Shown here piece by piece: positions 22,198 through 32,939 of a stretch of 64,000 nucleotides of DNA. The notes beneath the pieces are model-generated. The model saw only the letters and a list, made by a program, of their open reading frames with translations. It made no database searches and was not told the origin of the DNA. Made by a program: the position numbers and the translations under genes. The DNA comes from an uncultured cyanobacterium. Lineage in GTDB: Bacteria; Cyanobacteriota; Cyanobacteriia; Cyanobacteriales; Cyanobacteriaceae. Numbering within the stretch: position 1 is the first letter of the stretch; each line of letters starts with the position of its first letter. Location: the NCBI GenBank assembly GCA_963749915.1, contig CAVVOP010000008.1:800001-864000 (forward strand), read 5' to 3'.

Positions 22198-23874
22198 ATG
22201 GTAACAACAACGAGTTCTAAAACATTATCTTTAAAGACTTATAAGGTGATCCAAGAAATAAACTGGTCCTTATTAGTCTCCATTAGTGTTCATGGTTTAT
22301 TCTTTACCCTCATTTTGCCTCAGTGGAATCCTCGAAACAATTCTGAGATAAATCTAGGGGATACCCCAGTAGTTGAACTGAATGACATAGAACAAACTCG
22401 CTTACCAAATTTAAACCCCCGCAATTCTTTTAATTGGGATACCCTTAAGACTCTTCCTCCATCGGATAATTTATTACCTCCTCTGTCTGCCATTAATATT
22501 CCCCTTCCTCCTGTCAATAATACTGAGTTTTTTGTACCCAGTTTTGACAGTGGTACTATAACGAATTTACCTGCGCCTCCTTCTCTTCCCCCTGCTACAA
22601 ATTTGCCTCCCATTAATTACTCTTATAATGTTGACAATCTGCCTACTCCCAAGGAATTACCTGCGCCTCCTCCTCTCAACGAAAATACCATGGCGACATT
22701 ACCCCTTGCCATTAACGATGACAACCTATCTACTAACTTTATCCCCTCCACTACTGGTAAAGTGGGTGATATAGATACAGATCCTCAACGGGAAGCAGAA
22801 ATCAGACAAAAACTATTTGCTAATTCTGATGTGGAAATAATCAGTAATCCTAGAGATCTCATTAACGGTAAAATTCCTCAAACCTATACCCAAAAAGATA
22901 GTCGTGGAAATATAATCATTATTCAGCCTTCGGAAGTTCGCCCCAACTATACCAGCATCTCCTCTAAGCTACAAAAACAAGTGGAAAATACCAGTGATGA
23001 AGAGGCTCGAAAAAATTATGTAGCATGGGCTAAAGAAGTTCAAAGTATTACCCCGAAACAACTAACTTTCACAGGGATATATCCGAAAGATGCTTGTGTT
23101 GGCAAGTTAGAAGGTACTACTACCTATGGCGTGACAGTTAACCCCAGTGGCGGTGTTATAAATACTCAACTCATTAAAAGTTCCGGATATCCTTTACTCA
23201 ATGATCAAGCCTTAAAGCAGATCAGATCCCGTAATTTTGCCAATGATAGCGGTAGCAGTCAACCCTATCATGTCTATGTCAATTTCAAATATGATTCGCA
23301 AATTTGTCCTTCTCTTTCTGTCCCTAATGTCGGCGAAACTCCTGCCACCAATTCCGTTAAACCGGCGGAAGTAAATACCCCAGCGATTAACAACATACAA
23401 CGAATTATTAAGACACCTTCTGCAACTCCGAAACCAGAAACGCAAGAAAATAAACCAAGCAAGGTTTCTATACCCCAAACATCGCAACCAATTCAGTCTT
23501 TCCCTGAACCTAAGCCAGTAATACAGAAAAAAGATCCTAAAAATGTAGAGGTCGAATTACCTGCAGAAAATAAGTCAGAGTCTCTCATGAAACCTCCCGC
23601 AGAAAAATCACCTGTAGAAAATAAATCAGAGTCTCTCATAAAACCTCCCGTAGAAAAATCACCTGTAGAAAATAAATCGGAGTCTCTCATAAAAACTCCC
23701 GTGGGAACATTACCTGTAGAAAATAAGTCGGAGTCTCTTATAAAACCAACCATAGAAAAATTACCTCAAGAGGTCAAACAGTCACCCATAACTCCAGCCA
23801 TTAAAAAACCTTCCACAGTCACAGAATCTAAACCTTTTCCTTCTACTCCTACAAAAATTGAAGTTTCGGAATAA
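22198..23874 (+). CDS. TonB-family energy transducer-like protein
   Basis: N-terminal TM with SxxxH (SISVHG), Pro-rich linker, TonB_C-like YPKDAC...SSGYPLLNDQAL. Confidence 0.75.
   Translation: MVTTTSSKTLSLKTYKVIQEINWSLLVSISVHGLFFTLILPQWNPRNNSEINLGDTPVVELNDIEQTRLPNLNPRNSFNWDTLKTLPPSDNLLPPLSAINIPLPPVNNTEFFVPSFDSGTITNLPAPPSLPPATNLPPINYSYNVDNLPTPKELPAPPPLNENTMATLPLAINDDNLSTNFIPSTTGKVGDIDTDPQREAEIRQKLFANSDVEIISNPRDLINGKIPQTYTQKDSRGNIIIIQPSEVRPNYTSISSKLQKQVENTSDEEARKNYVAWAKEVQSITPKQLTFTGIYPKDACVGKLEGTTTYGVTVNPSGGVINTQLIKSSGYPLLNDQALKQIRSRNFANDSGSSQPYHVYVNFKYDSQICPSLSVPNVGETPATNSVKPAEVNTPAINNIQRIIKTPSATPKPETQENKPSKVSIPQTSQPIQSFPEPKPVIQKKDPKNVEVELPAENKSESLMKPPAEKSPVENKSESLIKPPVEKSPVENKSESLIKTPVGTLPVENKSESLIKPTIEKLPQEVKQSPITPAIKKPSTVTESKPFPSTPTKIEVSE
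23557..23766 (+). repeat. Four 51-bp in-frame tandem repeats (PVENKSESLIKPPVEKS)
   Basis: Units start at 23557, 23608, 23659 and 23710. Confidence 0.9.
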
Positions 23875-24029
23875 TGTTTAGAATCATGTAAGTTATAACA
23901 AAAGCTGTGATTCTTATAATTAACAATTAATTTAAATAAGTGTAAATAAAACTATTTCTTTTTTCATGGAAAAACTTTTAAAAAAATTACTAAATATAAA
24001 AATGGATTAAATTCAAAGAAAATTTAATT

Positions 24030-24389
24030 ATGGATCAAATTAATGAGCAAAGAGCTTTCCGTCGTGTTCTTGCAGTGTGTAGAGTTTTAGATTCTGAGGG
24101 AAAATTTCTCGGTTTTACCCTTGATCTAAACACTAACAGTATACACGTAATTATTAATAAAGATTTTCCTTCTGAATCGCCCTTTAAGATTATTTTGAAT
24201 CAGATAAAGGAAAATGAAATTATAAGTTCAAATATAAGAGTTAAAATACAGCAAATGTGGCGATCGTCTACCAGTGAAGAATTTGACCAAATTGGAGGAA
24301 AAATTATCGAGGTAGATTACCCTGAAAAGTTAGAAAATTTAGTGCGTTATTGTGATCAAAAAGCAAAAGAAAGGTATAAAAATTATTAG
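24030..24389 (+). CDS. PilZ-like domain protein
   Basis: EQRAFRR (RxxxR) and DLNTNS (degenerate DxSxxG). Confidence 0.55.
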   Translation: MDQINEQRAFRRVLAVCRVLDSEGKFLGFTLDLNTNSIHVIINKDFPSESPFKIILNQIKENEIISSNIRVKIQQMWRSSTSEEFDQIGGKIIEVDYPEKLENLVRYCDQKAKERYKNY

Positions 24390-24539
24390 ACCTCTCGCAA
24401 ATTGCAAAAGTCAAAAAATCTGGTCGTCAGAGAAGTCAGGAGTCAGAAAGGCTTTTCCAATCCAAAATCCAAAATCCAAAATTCAAAATCCAAAATCCAA
24501 AATCACCTAACCGAGAAATCTATTTTTGCAAGAGGTCTA
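24387..24539. mobile_element. MITE family B (TAGACCTCTYGCAAA inverted termini, internal TCCAAAA heptamers)
   Basis: TAGACCTCTCGCAAA ... TTTGCAAGAGGTCTA, with TA at both ends. Confidence 0.8.
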
Positions 24540-24654
24540 TTAGTTGAAACAGGGAACAAGGAACAGCAAATGGGAAACAGAGAAGTACAAAATCCATAAG
24601 TTATTAAGCCATATTTTTTTACAGCTATTCCGGAAAAATCATCTTAATTAACTG

Positions 24655-25983
24655 TTAATTGTTGATTGTTAATTCTAGCCTTTGTTGAGATTCTTCTAAA
24701 GCCTCTTTCGGTGTTTTTTCTCCTAATAAAGAAGATTCGATCGCTCGTCCTAAATTTTCGGAAATAGCAGGATAATCTGCAATAATGGGACGGGATTTTG
24801 CCACTTTCATCTGATTTAAAAATACCTTAATAACGGGATTTGTTTGGATAAATTCTTGATACTCTGAACTCTGCTGAGCTTTAATATTAATAGGTAAATA
24901 GCCCGTTTTTAATGCCCATTCTGTTTGAAATTCTTCACTTAAAACAAACTCTAAAAACTTAAGAGTAGCTTCTTCCCGTTGAGGATTAGTCTTGAAAACA
25001 AATAAATTTTCTCCTCCCAAAACTGCTGCACTTTGATCAATAATAGGTATAGGAAAAACAGAATAATCGATGGCTGATTCTTTTAATTGTGCTAGAGTCC
25101 AAGGACCAGTAATTTGCATAGCAACTTTACTATTAATAAAATTATCTAACTCATAACCTCGATCCGGTGCGGATAAAATGGCAATATTTTCTTTTACTAA
25201 TTCAACCCCTAATTGTAAGGCTTTTTCTGTACCTTCACTCACTAAATTAGGCTGATTATTTTGGATAATTTGACCATTGGCACTGAAAATAAAAGGCAAC
25301 CAAACAAAGACAGTAAATTCTCCTTTTCCTGATGATAATAAAACACCATTTTGATCGATTCTACCATCATTATTAGTGTCGATAGTCAATTTTTTTGCCA
25401 CTTGTGCAAACTCATTCCATGTTTTCGGAGTATCTGTAATTCCTGCTTTTTCAAATAAACTAGGACGATAAAACATCGCCGCATTATTAGTAGCAAAAGG
25501 CACAGACCAAATATTATTATCTAACTCCATTGTTGCCAACATTGCTGGATCAATTTCTACTTTTATTTCTGAATTATTCCACCAATCTTGTAGAGGTTTA
25601 AGGGCCTGTAATTCTACTAATTTTCCCGTTAATTGCGGCACATACCAAAGCAAATCAGGGGGTTGATTCCCGGCGATGGCAGCGATAATTTTCGGTAACT
25701 GTTCATCGGGTTGACCAACATATAAAGCCTCTACTTGAATAGTGGGATTTTTTTCATTAAACTTAGCTAATAACTTGTTAAAAATTTCTCTATTTTCAGG
25801 GGGGTTAATACCGTGCCAAAAAGTAATTTTAGTAACGGTATTATTGTTTGATAATTCAGAATTTAAACTATTATTTTGACAACCACTAATAAAAAATAAG
25901 CTAAAAACGCAAATCAAACTAATAGATTTAACTAAAAAATGACGACGAGAAAAGAAAACTTTGGCAAAAAACATAATTAACAA
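24655..25983 (-). CDS. ABC transporter sugar-binding lipoprotein
   Basis: Lipobox ISGC, ITFWHG, PPDL, AMQITGPW and GYLP; SBP_bac_1/8 pattern. Confidence 0.88.
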   Translation of the reverse strand: MLIMFFAKVFFSRRHFLVKSISLICVFSLFFISGCQNNSLNSELSNNNTVTKITFWHGINPPENREIFNKLLAKFNEKNPTIQVEALYVGQPDEQLPKIIAAIAGNQPPDLLWYVPQLTGKLVELQALKPLQDWWNNSEIKVEIDPAMLATMELDNNIWSVPFATNNAAMFYRPSLFEKAGITDTPKTWNEFAQVAKKLTIDTNNDGRIDQNGVLLSSGKGEFTVFVWLPFIFSANGQIIQNNQPNLVSEGTEKALQLGVELVKENIAILSAPDRGYELDNFINSKVAMQITGPWTLAQLKESAIDYSVFPIPIIDQSAAVLGGENLFVFKTNPQREEATLKFLEFVLSEEFQTEWALKTGYLPINIKAQQSSEYQEFIQTNPVIKVFLNQMKVAKSRPIIADYPAISENLGRAIESSLLGEKTPKEALEESQQRLELTINN

Positions 25984-26207
25984 TTTTTTTTAATGATTAT
26001 ATTTTATAGAAATAATATGCCCATAGCCACATTTGATGAGATTCAAGAAAAATAGCGATCAAAGATGAGGATTTTTCATTTATACGGTGAAAGCTGATAT
26101 ACCCATTATAAGGCTTATGAATGAAAAGATTTAATTTTAGTAGTGCGATCGCTTTAATTTTAATATCATCAAAGTCAACCCCAAACCTTAAACTTTGAGC
26201 TTAAATT

Positions 26208-26296
26208 ATTAACCTTAAAAGAAGGGATTTTTTGTACGGTTTAGCTGGTTTATCAGGAAGTATAATTGCAAGTCAATGGCCTTTTGAATCCCTAAA
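26208..26296 (+). pseudogene. Orphan twin-arginine signal peptide remnant
   Basis: Frame from 26208 reads INLKRRDFLYGLAGLSGSIIASQWPFESLK; there is no ATG and it abuts the dacB fragment. Confidence 0.5.
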
Positions 26297-26779
26297 ATCT
26301 ACGGCACCGGAGGAATTAATAACGGTATTTTTCAAGGTGATTTAGTGGTAGAATCTGACGGAGATCCTTTATTTGTCTGGCAAGAAGCGATCGTTTTAGG
26401 TAGTAAATTACAACAATTAGGGATTAATAAAATAGAAGGTAACTTAATCCTTGTGGGTAATTGGCAGATGAATTACAAAGATAAGCCTTTATCTCCAAAT
26501 ATACAAATAGAAGGCACAGTTAAAAAAAGCGATCGCATTAAATCTGAACTTTTCCATCTACTGAATGTACCCAGAGAAGAAATATTATTACATAATGGGT
26601 CAGATTTAGGAGTTGATAACCGTATCTCTCCTCGTGGGGCTTGTCGAATGTTTATGGCTTTAGAAACCCAATTAGAAGGCAGTAATATTAATATCGGTGA
26701 CTTATTTCCCGTAGCAGGTGTGGATAAAAAAGGTACAGTGGAATATCGCAACATACCCTATGATATTCCTCTAAAAACG
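26297..26779 (+). pseudogene. Internally deleted partial copy of dacB
   Basis: Blocks match 31408-32679 (IYGTG..NNGI..GDLVVES.GDPLFVW; PNIQI.GTVKK; NVPREEILLHNGS...YRNIPY). It lacks the catalytic SxxK and SNN motifs. Confidence 0.88.
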
Positions 26780-26823
26780 ATTTCTTCTCAATTTTAACTA
26801 TTTTAAAGCAAAATTAAAGATAA

Positions 26824-26860
26824 CTTAAACTAAATTTAAACTAAATTTAAACTAAATTTA
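26824..26860 (+). promoter_or_regulatory. Pho box (SphR-type YTTAAYY(T/A) direct repeats, 11-bp period)
   Basis: CTTAAACT-aaa-TTTAAACT-aaa-TTTAAACT-aaa-TTTA upstream of pstS. Confidence 0.75.
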
Positions 26861-27026
26861 TTTTTTTCGGGATACACTTAGCCGATGACAAACAAAAAAA
26901 TTATCGAAAAGATTGTTGTTAATAAAGAATCAAGAAAGCTTAAATTAAAATTTACTAAATGTTAACAATACCTGGAGATAATAACTAATTATTTGTCAAG
27001 CAAAAAGATAGTTTAAGGAAATAAAG

Positions 27027-28013
27027 ATGATTACTAACAAGTGGAAAGTAGGCGGAACATTGGCGGCGTTAGCAACTGCTATAGCCTTGGGTGTACCCGC
27101 AGTACAATCTCAAAGTACTCCCCTAATCAAAATTGACGGTTCAAGTACAGTTTTCCCCATTACTGAAGCAGTGGCTGAAGAGTTTCAGGCCATGAAAAAA
27201 GGTGCTGTTAGAGTTACCGTTGGTATTTCTGGTACAGGTGGCGGTTTTGAAAAATTCTGTAGCAATAATGCTTCAGTTAGAACTGATATTTCTGACGCTT
27301 CTCGGCCTATTAAACAAGAAGAAATGGACGCTTGTAAAGCATCAGGAGTAGAATTTATTGAGTTACCCATAGCCTATGATGCGCTTACCGTTGTGGTCAA
27401 TAAAGCCAATACTAAAGTCAATCAATTAACGGTGGCTGAATTACAGAAAATGTGGTCAAAAAATTCCCAAAATAGTGGAATTAAAAATTGGAATCAAATT
27501 AATTCTAGTTTCCCGGCCACAGCCTTTAAACTTTATGGACCTGGTTTAGATTCCGGTACTTATGATTATTTCAAAGAAGTTATTATCGGCAAAGATAACG
27601 ACATTAGAAATGATTTTACCCCCAGTGAGGATGATAACGTTTTAGTGCAAGGGGTGGCCAGAGAAGCTAATGGTCTTGGTTATTTTGGTTTTGCCTATTA
27701 TGAGGAAAATCAGGATAAATTAAAGGCTGTGGCCATTGTTAATCCTAAGACTGGAAAGGCTGTTTTACCTTCTGCGGCCCATGTTAATGATGGCAGCTAT
27801 GCACCATTATCCCGTCCCATTTACATCTATGTTAATAAAGCTTCTGCTAACAAGGCTGAGGTTAAAGATTTTGTCGATTTTTATCTAAAAAATGCAGCTA
27901 AATTATCCGCAGAAGTTGGTTATGTTGCTTTACCAGCGGCTGATTATACTAAAGCTCAGACACGTTTTGCTAATGGTCAAGTGGGAAGAGTTCCTTTAAG
28001 AGCCGGATTATAA
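27027..28013 (+). CDS. pstS: Phosphate ABC transporter substrate-binding protein
   Basis: [23 protein letters not shown] and YAPLSRP motifs. Confidence 0.95.
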   Translation: MITNKWKVGGTLAALATAIALGVPAVQSQSTPLIKIDGSSTVFPITEAVAEEFQAMKKGAVRVTVGISGTGGGFEKFCSNNASVRTDISDASRPIKQEEMDACKASGVEFIELPIAYDALTVVVNKANTKVNQLTVAELQKMWSKNSQNSGIKNWNQINSSFPATAFKLYGPGLDSGTYDYFKEVIIGKDNDIRNDFTPSEDDNVLVQGVAREANGLGYFGFAYYEENQDKLKAVAIVNPKTGKAVLPSAAHVNDGSYAPLSRPIYIYVNKASANKAEVKDFVDFYLKNAAKLSAEVGYVALPAADYTKAQTRFANGQVGRVPLRAGL

Positions 28014-28025
28014 AATATACTGCTA

Positions 28026-28064
28026 TTTAGAAATCGAGGGTCTGAGGGATTTTCGATTTCTAAA
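28026..28064 (+). terminator. Intercistronic hairpin after pstS (attenuator or mRNA stabiliser)
   Basis: 12-bp stem TTTAGAAATCGA / TCGATTTCTAAA followed by TTTTT. Confidence 0.6.
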
Positions 28065-28143
28065 TTTTTCAGTGTTTCTGTTGAATGATTTCTTGCGGGT
28101 TTATATTTATCTTTCCTTATGTTTTGTTTGCCATAAAAAAATA

Positions 28144-29073
28144 ATGACTCAACGACAATTATCTTTGGTTTCAAGTAAAAAATTATCTCCTAAATTAATT
28201 CGTAATCTCAAGGAAAAGGCGATCGAAATATTATTATTTCTGGCCGCTTGTTCTTCAGTTGCCACCACCGTGGCAATTATGTTTCTTCTGATCGAAGAAT
28301 CTTGGTTACTTTTTCAGCAAGTATCTATTTTTGAGTTTTTAACTGCTACTGAATGGAGTCCTTTGTTTGCTGAACCCCGTTATGGCATTCTCCCTTTATT
28401 GTCGGGAACTATTGTTACTTCGGCGATCGCCCTTTTTGTTGCTATTCCTTTAGGTACAATTGCTGCCATCTATTTGAGTGAATTTGCTGAATCAAAAGTC
28501 AGAGAAGTAGTCAAACCTTTGTTGGAATTATTAGCCGCTATTCCTACAGTAGTTTACGGTTATTTTGCCCTTTTATTTGTCACACCCTTCCTCCAACAAA
28601 TCTTCCCAACTTTACCCGGTTTTAATATGTTAAGTGCTGGGTTAGTGATGGGTTTAATGATTACTCCTTTTGTAAGTTCCCTCAGTGAAGATGCGATGCG
28701 GGCTGTACCTATTTCTTTGAGAGAAGGTTCTACAGCCATGGGAGCGACTAAATTGCAAACAGCCTTAAAGGTGGTGTTCCCTTCGGCCATATCAGGTATT
28801 AGCTCCTCCTATATTTTAGGGGCTTCTCGGGCGGTGGGAGAAACGATGATTGTGGCGATCGCCGCTGGCTTACAACCCAACTTCACTTTCAATCCCTTTA
28901 GTCAGGGTGCAACCATTACCGCCTATATTGTGCAAGTTAGTCTCGGAGATGTTCCCAGAGGTACGATTGAATATGAAACCATTTTTGCGGCGGGTTTAAC
29001 CCTCGTGTTAATGACCCTAGTTCTGAACGTCATTGGGTATTACCTCGCTAAACGTTACCGAGAAATTTATTAA
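28144..29073 (+). CDS. pstC: Phosphate ABC transporter permease
   Basis: [10 protein letters not shown] and SRAVGETM motifs; ATG at 28144 is preferred over the track start at 28072. Confidence 0.93.
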   Translation: MTQRQLSLVSSKKLSPKLIRNLKEKAIEILLFLAACSSVATTVAIMFLLIEESWLLFQQVSIFEFLTATEWSPLFAEPRYGILPLLSGTIVTSAIALFVAIPLGTIAAIYLSEFAESKVREVVKPLLELLAAIPTVVYGYFALLFVTPFLQQIFPTLPGFNMLSAGLVMGLMITPFVSSLSEDAMRAVPISLREGSTAMGATKLQTALKVVFPSAISGISSSYILGASRAVGETMIVAIAAGLQPNFTFNPFSQGATITAYIVQVSLGDVPRGTIEYETIFAAGLTLVLMTLVLNVIGYYLAKRYREIY

Positions 29074-29077
29074 AAAA

Positions 29078-30010
29078 ATGTCAAATGTAGCCATCACAAA
29101 TTTAGCAGAAATTAGAAGTAACATCAAACGTCGTCAACTGTTCAGTCAGATATTTTCCATTGTTGGTTTGGTGGTTATTTTAGTAGCCATTTTAATTTTA
29201 CTGGCACTGACTTTAAGAATGTTTCTTGACGGCGTACACCGTTTAACCCCTGCTTTTTTTATCAGTTTTCCCAGTCGTAGGCCAGAAAATGCGGGAATTT
29301 TGTCAGCCTGGGTAGGTACAAGTTTAGTCATGTTAGTAACTGCCTTTGCCGCCGTACCCGTGGGAGTAGCCGCAGGAATCTATCTCGAAGAATATGCTCG
29401 CAAAAATCTCATCTCTGAAATTATTGAAATTAATGTCACTAATTTAGCGGGTGTACCCTCAATTATCTATGGGCTTTTAGCTCTAGGATTTTTTGTCTAT
29501 CAATTTTCCCTCGGTCAAAGTATTTTAACTGCAGGGTTGACCTTAGCTTTGTTAATTCTCCCGGTGGTAATTGTGACCACGAGGGAGTCCATTCGGGCTA
29601 TTCCCAATAGTCTCCGGGAGGCCGCCTATGCGGTGGGGGCGACGAAATGGCAAGTAATTCAAGACCATATTCTCCCCTACTCCTTTGGTAGTATTTTGAC
29701 GGGAATTATCATTGGCTTATCAAGGGCAATCGGCGAAACTGCCCCAGTAATTACCATTGGGGCTTTAACTTTTATTGCCTTTTTACCTGACTCTCCCATC
29801 AAATCAGAATTTCCCTTGATCTCCTTTGAATGGCTTAAAGCACCATTTACCGTTATGCCTATTCAAATGTTTAATTGGATATCTCGCCCGCAAGTTGAGT
29901 TTCATGCCAATGCAGCGGCTACTGGTGCAGTTTTGATTTTTATGACCTTGGGCATGAATGCCCTCGCTATTTATTTACGTTATAATTTGCGCAAAGGAAT
30001 CAAATGGTAG
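29078..30010 (+). CDS. pstA: Phosphate ABC transporter permease
   Basis: [20 protein letters not shown] and SRAIGETAP motifs; ATG at 29078. Confidence 0.93.
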   Translation: MSNVAITNLAEIRSNIKRRQLFSQIFSIVGLVVILVAILILLALTLRMFLDGVHRLTPAFFISFPSRRPENAGILSAWVGTSLVMLVTAFAAVPVGVAAGIYLEEYARKNLISEIIEINVTNLAGVPSIIYGLLALGFFVYQFSLGQSILTAGLTLALLILPVVIVTTRESIRAIPNSLREAAYAVGATKWQVIQDHILPYSFGSILTGIIIGLSRAIGETAPVITIGALTFIAFLPDSPIKSEFPLISFEWLKAPFTVMPIQMFNWISRPQVEFHANAAATGAVLIFMTLGMNALAIYLRYNLRKGIKW

Positions 30011-30789
30011 AACAATTAGAAAAATCCCTCGAATTTAAGCCGTCAGCTGAAGTGAAATACCTTGATTTTTACTATAGTGGCTTCCATGCCATTAAAAATG
30101 TCAATTTTGATGTCCCCGAAAAGAATGTAACATCTTTAATTGGTCCGTCCGGTTGTGGTAAAACTACCCTACTTCGTTGTTTTAACCGTATGCATGATCT
30201 TTACCCCGGTAATCGTTATCAGGGTGGAATTTTAATGAATGGAATCAATATTTTAGCCAAAGATGTTGACCCCATTGAAGTTAGAATGCGCATTAGCATG
30301 GTGTTTCAAAAACCTAACCCGTTTCCTAAGTCCATTTATGAAAACGTAGCCTATGGTTTACGAGTTAGGGGCGAAAATTCCCGCACTGTACTTGATGAAA
30401 AAATAGAAAATGCTCTGCGTAATGCGGCTTTGTGGGATGAAGTCAAGGATCGCTTGAAAGAATCAGCCTATGATCTGTCTGGTGGTCAACAACAACGTTT
30501 ATGTATTGCCAGAGCGTTAGTTACTGAACCAGAAATTATGTTGTTTGATGAACCGACTTCCGCCCTTGATCCCATTGCCACTGATAGCATTGAAGAATTA
30601 ATGAGTGAGTTAAAACAAAAGGTGACCATTCTTATTGTTACCCATAGTATGCAGCAGGCTGCACGTTTTTCTGACTATACAGCCTTTATGTATCTTGGAG
30701 AATTGATCGAGTTTAATAAAACCGAAATTATTTTTTCCCAACCTGCCGAAAAACGCACTCAAGAATATCTCGGTGGTAAAATCGGTTAA
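30004..30789 (+). CDS. pstB: Phosphate ABC transporter ATPase
   Basis: [24 protein letters not shown] and DEPTSALD motifs. Confidence 0.96.
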   Translation: MVEQLEKSLEFKPSAEVKYLDFYYSGFHAIKNVNFDVPEKNVTSLIGPSGCGKTTLLRCFNRMHDLYPGNRYQGGILMNGINILAKDVDPIEVRMRISMVFQKPNPFPKSIYENVAYGLRVRGENSRTVLDEKIENALRNAALWDEVKDRLKESAYDLSGGQQQRLCIARALVTEPEIMLFDEPTSALDPIATDSIEELMSELKQKVTILIVTHSMQQAARFSDYTAFMYLGELIEFNKTEIIFSQPAEKRTQEYLGGKIG

Positions 30790-31004
30790 CCCACCAATAT
30801 TAACCCTCTTTTGTAACTTTCCGTTTTTTCCTATTATTAATAGTTTTCACTACTGTTGAAAATAAAAGAAATAAACATACTACAAGTTATTTTTGTCAAT
30901 TTGAAGGTATTTTTTATGGTTGTTCGACTTTGAGTATGATAAATGATTGGTTGAGGTAGGCAAAAGGCAAACGGCAAGAGGCAAAAGTTAATTTTATTTT
31001 TTTA

Positions 31005-31214
31005 TTTAAAGACTTTAAAGATTTAATAATTTGGCAAAAAGGGATGACAATAGCCGAAAAATGTTTTTTGCTTACCCAAAAATTTCCTAAAGAAGAATTA
31101 TATGGCATGGTTCAACAAATAAGAAGGGCCTCCTCATCGATACCCGCAAATATATCAGAAAGTTATGGCCGAAGATCTCCTGGAGATTATAAGCGTTTTT
31201 TAAACATTGCACAA
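31005..31214 (+). pseudogene. Truncated four-helix-bundle (23S rRNA IVP / bAvd-like) gene
   Basis: FKDFKDLIIWQKGM...FPKEELYGMVQQIRRASSSIPANISESYGR...FLNIAQ; the GS.xELET C-terminal half is missing. Confidence 0.8.
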
Positions 31215-31219
31215 GAAGG

Positions 31220-31290
31220 TTCAGCACAATTTGCTCCAATGCTTGTGCCACTTCTTAAAAATTGTTTTGATAGTAACTTAATTAATCTAG
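31220..31290 (-). pseudogene. Second four-helix-bundle gene fragment on the opposite strand
   Basis: Reverse complement reads RLIKLLSKQFLRSGTSIGANCAE, the family's LRSGTSIGAN motif. Confidence 0.7.
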
Positions 31291-31407
31291 TTATTTTAAC
31301 CTATTACCCATTACCTATTACCTATTACTAAAAAAAAAGAGACAAAATATTCCCAACCATTTTTTCGCTCACCCAATACTGGGGACTTAGAGGCGTATAA
31401 TTATTCA

Positions 31408-32679
31408 TTGTTCATTATTGGTTGTTGGTTGTTTATGTTTCTTTCCCACTTATTAGCGTTTCTCTTTACCTCTCCTCAACCACCCTCTTTACCTGTAATT
31501 TCATGGCATGAGGCTTCTATTTTTCAGATACCTACTGATCCTGATCCTCAAGTAGAGGTTATCGTAGGTCAATATTTACAAACTCTTGCCCGTCAAGGTT
31601 TACTCACTGATAAACAAGGAATTTGGATCCAGTCGGATTGGGCAATTTTAGCCAATAACCAAGGAAAAATAGCCGCTCCTGCCGCCTCTTTAACAAAAAT
31701 TGCCACTACCATCGCATCTATCGATACATGGGGTTTAAATCATCGTTTTTTAACGACAATCTATGGTACAGGGGAAATTAATAACGGTATTCTTAAAGGA
31801 GATTTAGTGGTGGAATCTGGCGGAGATCCCTTATTTGTGTGGGAGGAAGCGATCGCACTAGGTCAAAAATTACAACAAATAGGCATTGATAAAGTAGAAG
31901 GAAACTTGATCCTTGTGGGTAATTGGCAGATGAATTATGAAGAAAACCCAGTTAAGTCAGGAGAATTATTAAAACAAGCTCTCAATGGGAAAAACTGGTC
32001 AAAAATAATCGAAAAACAATATCAAGCCATGAAAAATCCGCCCTTACGTCCCAATATACAAATACAAGGTACAGTTAAAAAAGTAGATAGTTTCCCCAAA
32101 AATACACAGTTATTATTAACCCATCAATCCTTAACCTTACGGGAAATATTGCGATCGATGAACGTTTACAGTAACAATAAAATAGCGGAATCCCTCGCCC
32201 AGCAAATCGGAGGGGGTGCAAAAGTAGCAGAAATAGCGGCAAAAATAGCCAATGTACCCAGAGAAGAAATCTTATTACATAATGGATCAGGTTTAGGAGT
32301 CGATAACCGTATATCTCCCCGTGCAGCCTGTCGAATGCTTATGGCTTTAGAAACCCAATTAGAAGGCATTAATATTAATATAGCTGACCTATTCCCTGTG
32401 GCAGGAGTTGATAAAAAAGGTACTGTGGAATATCGCAACATACCCTATGGCATCCCCGTGAAAACGGGTACATTATCGGTAGTAAGCGCCTTAGCAGGGG
32501 TTCTCCCCACCACCAAGAGAAATCATGTTTATTTCGCCGTTGTCAATTACGGTAGCAATATAGAAGACTTGAGAAAAAAACAAGACATTTTACTGAGAAA
32601 TCTTGAACAACATTGGACTTTAAAACCTCTATTGCCCACAAAATCAATTAATATTTCTTTCGGCGACAATGGATCATAA
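31408..32679 (+). CDS. dacB: D-Ala-D-Ala carboxypeptidase/endopeptidase (peptidase S13, PBP4)
   Basis: ASLTK (SxxK), SNN, NGSGL and KTGTL motifs; the true start may be the ATG at 31435. Confidence 0.9.
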   Translation: MFIIGCWLFMFLSHLLAFLFTSPQPPSLPVISWHEASIFQIPTDPDPQVEVIVGQYLQTLARQGLLTDKQGIWIQSDWAILANNQGKIAAPAASLTKIATTIASIDTWGLNHRFLTTIYGTGEINNGILKGDLVVESGGDPLFVWEEAIALGQKLQQIGIDKVEGNLILVGNWQMNYEENPVKSGELLKQALNGKNWSKIIEKQYQAMKNPPLRPNIQIQGTVKKVDSFPKNTQLLLTHQSLTLREILRSMNVYSNNKIAESLAQQIGGGAKVAEIAAKIANVPREEILLHNGSGLGVDNRISPRAACRMLMALETQLEGININIADLFPVAGVDKKGTVEYRNIPYGIPVKTGTLSVVSALAGVLPTTKRNHVYFAVVNYGSNIEDLRKKQDILLRNLEQHWTLKPLLPTKSINISFGDNGS

Positions 32680-32781
32680 CGGATGGTAATAAATTTTACT
32701 TCCTTCTCATCTAGTTGGCACAGATTCCCATAGGTAGTGGATTTGCTGTCAATTTATTCTTGGTACTCGGCGGCTTTACTC

Positions 32782-32853
32782 AATACTGCTCGCAAGCGTG
32801 CTGAAAAGGTTGCTGTGATTTAGAATTTAGAATTTAGAATTTAGAATTTAGAA
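32782..32853 (-). mobile_element. MITE family A, partial inverted copy
   Basis: AATACTGCTCGCAAGCGTGCTGAAAA plus (TTTAGAA)5 is the reverse complement of the right end of 19101-19238. Confidence 0.7.
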
Positions 32854-32939
32854 TAAAAAGATTCAGATTCTGGCAGCACAAAAATATTAGATTGAACTCA
32901 CGCTAATATAAGTAAAGTAATAAAACTTTAAGATAGTTA

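Noticed and set aside
24402..24599. 65-aa ORF
   Set aside because: It is a translation of a MITE and its heptamer repeats (SKIQN pattern).
26297..26779. dacB duplicate as a DGR template/variable repeat pair
   Set aside because: The differences are not adenine-specific and include large deletions.
31005..31331. Diversity-generating retroelement suggested by the bAvd-like fold; also the 95-aa ORF as an intact gene
   Set aside because: No reverse transcriptase or TR/VR pair was seen, and the ORF is a chimera of two fragments.
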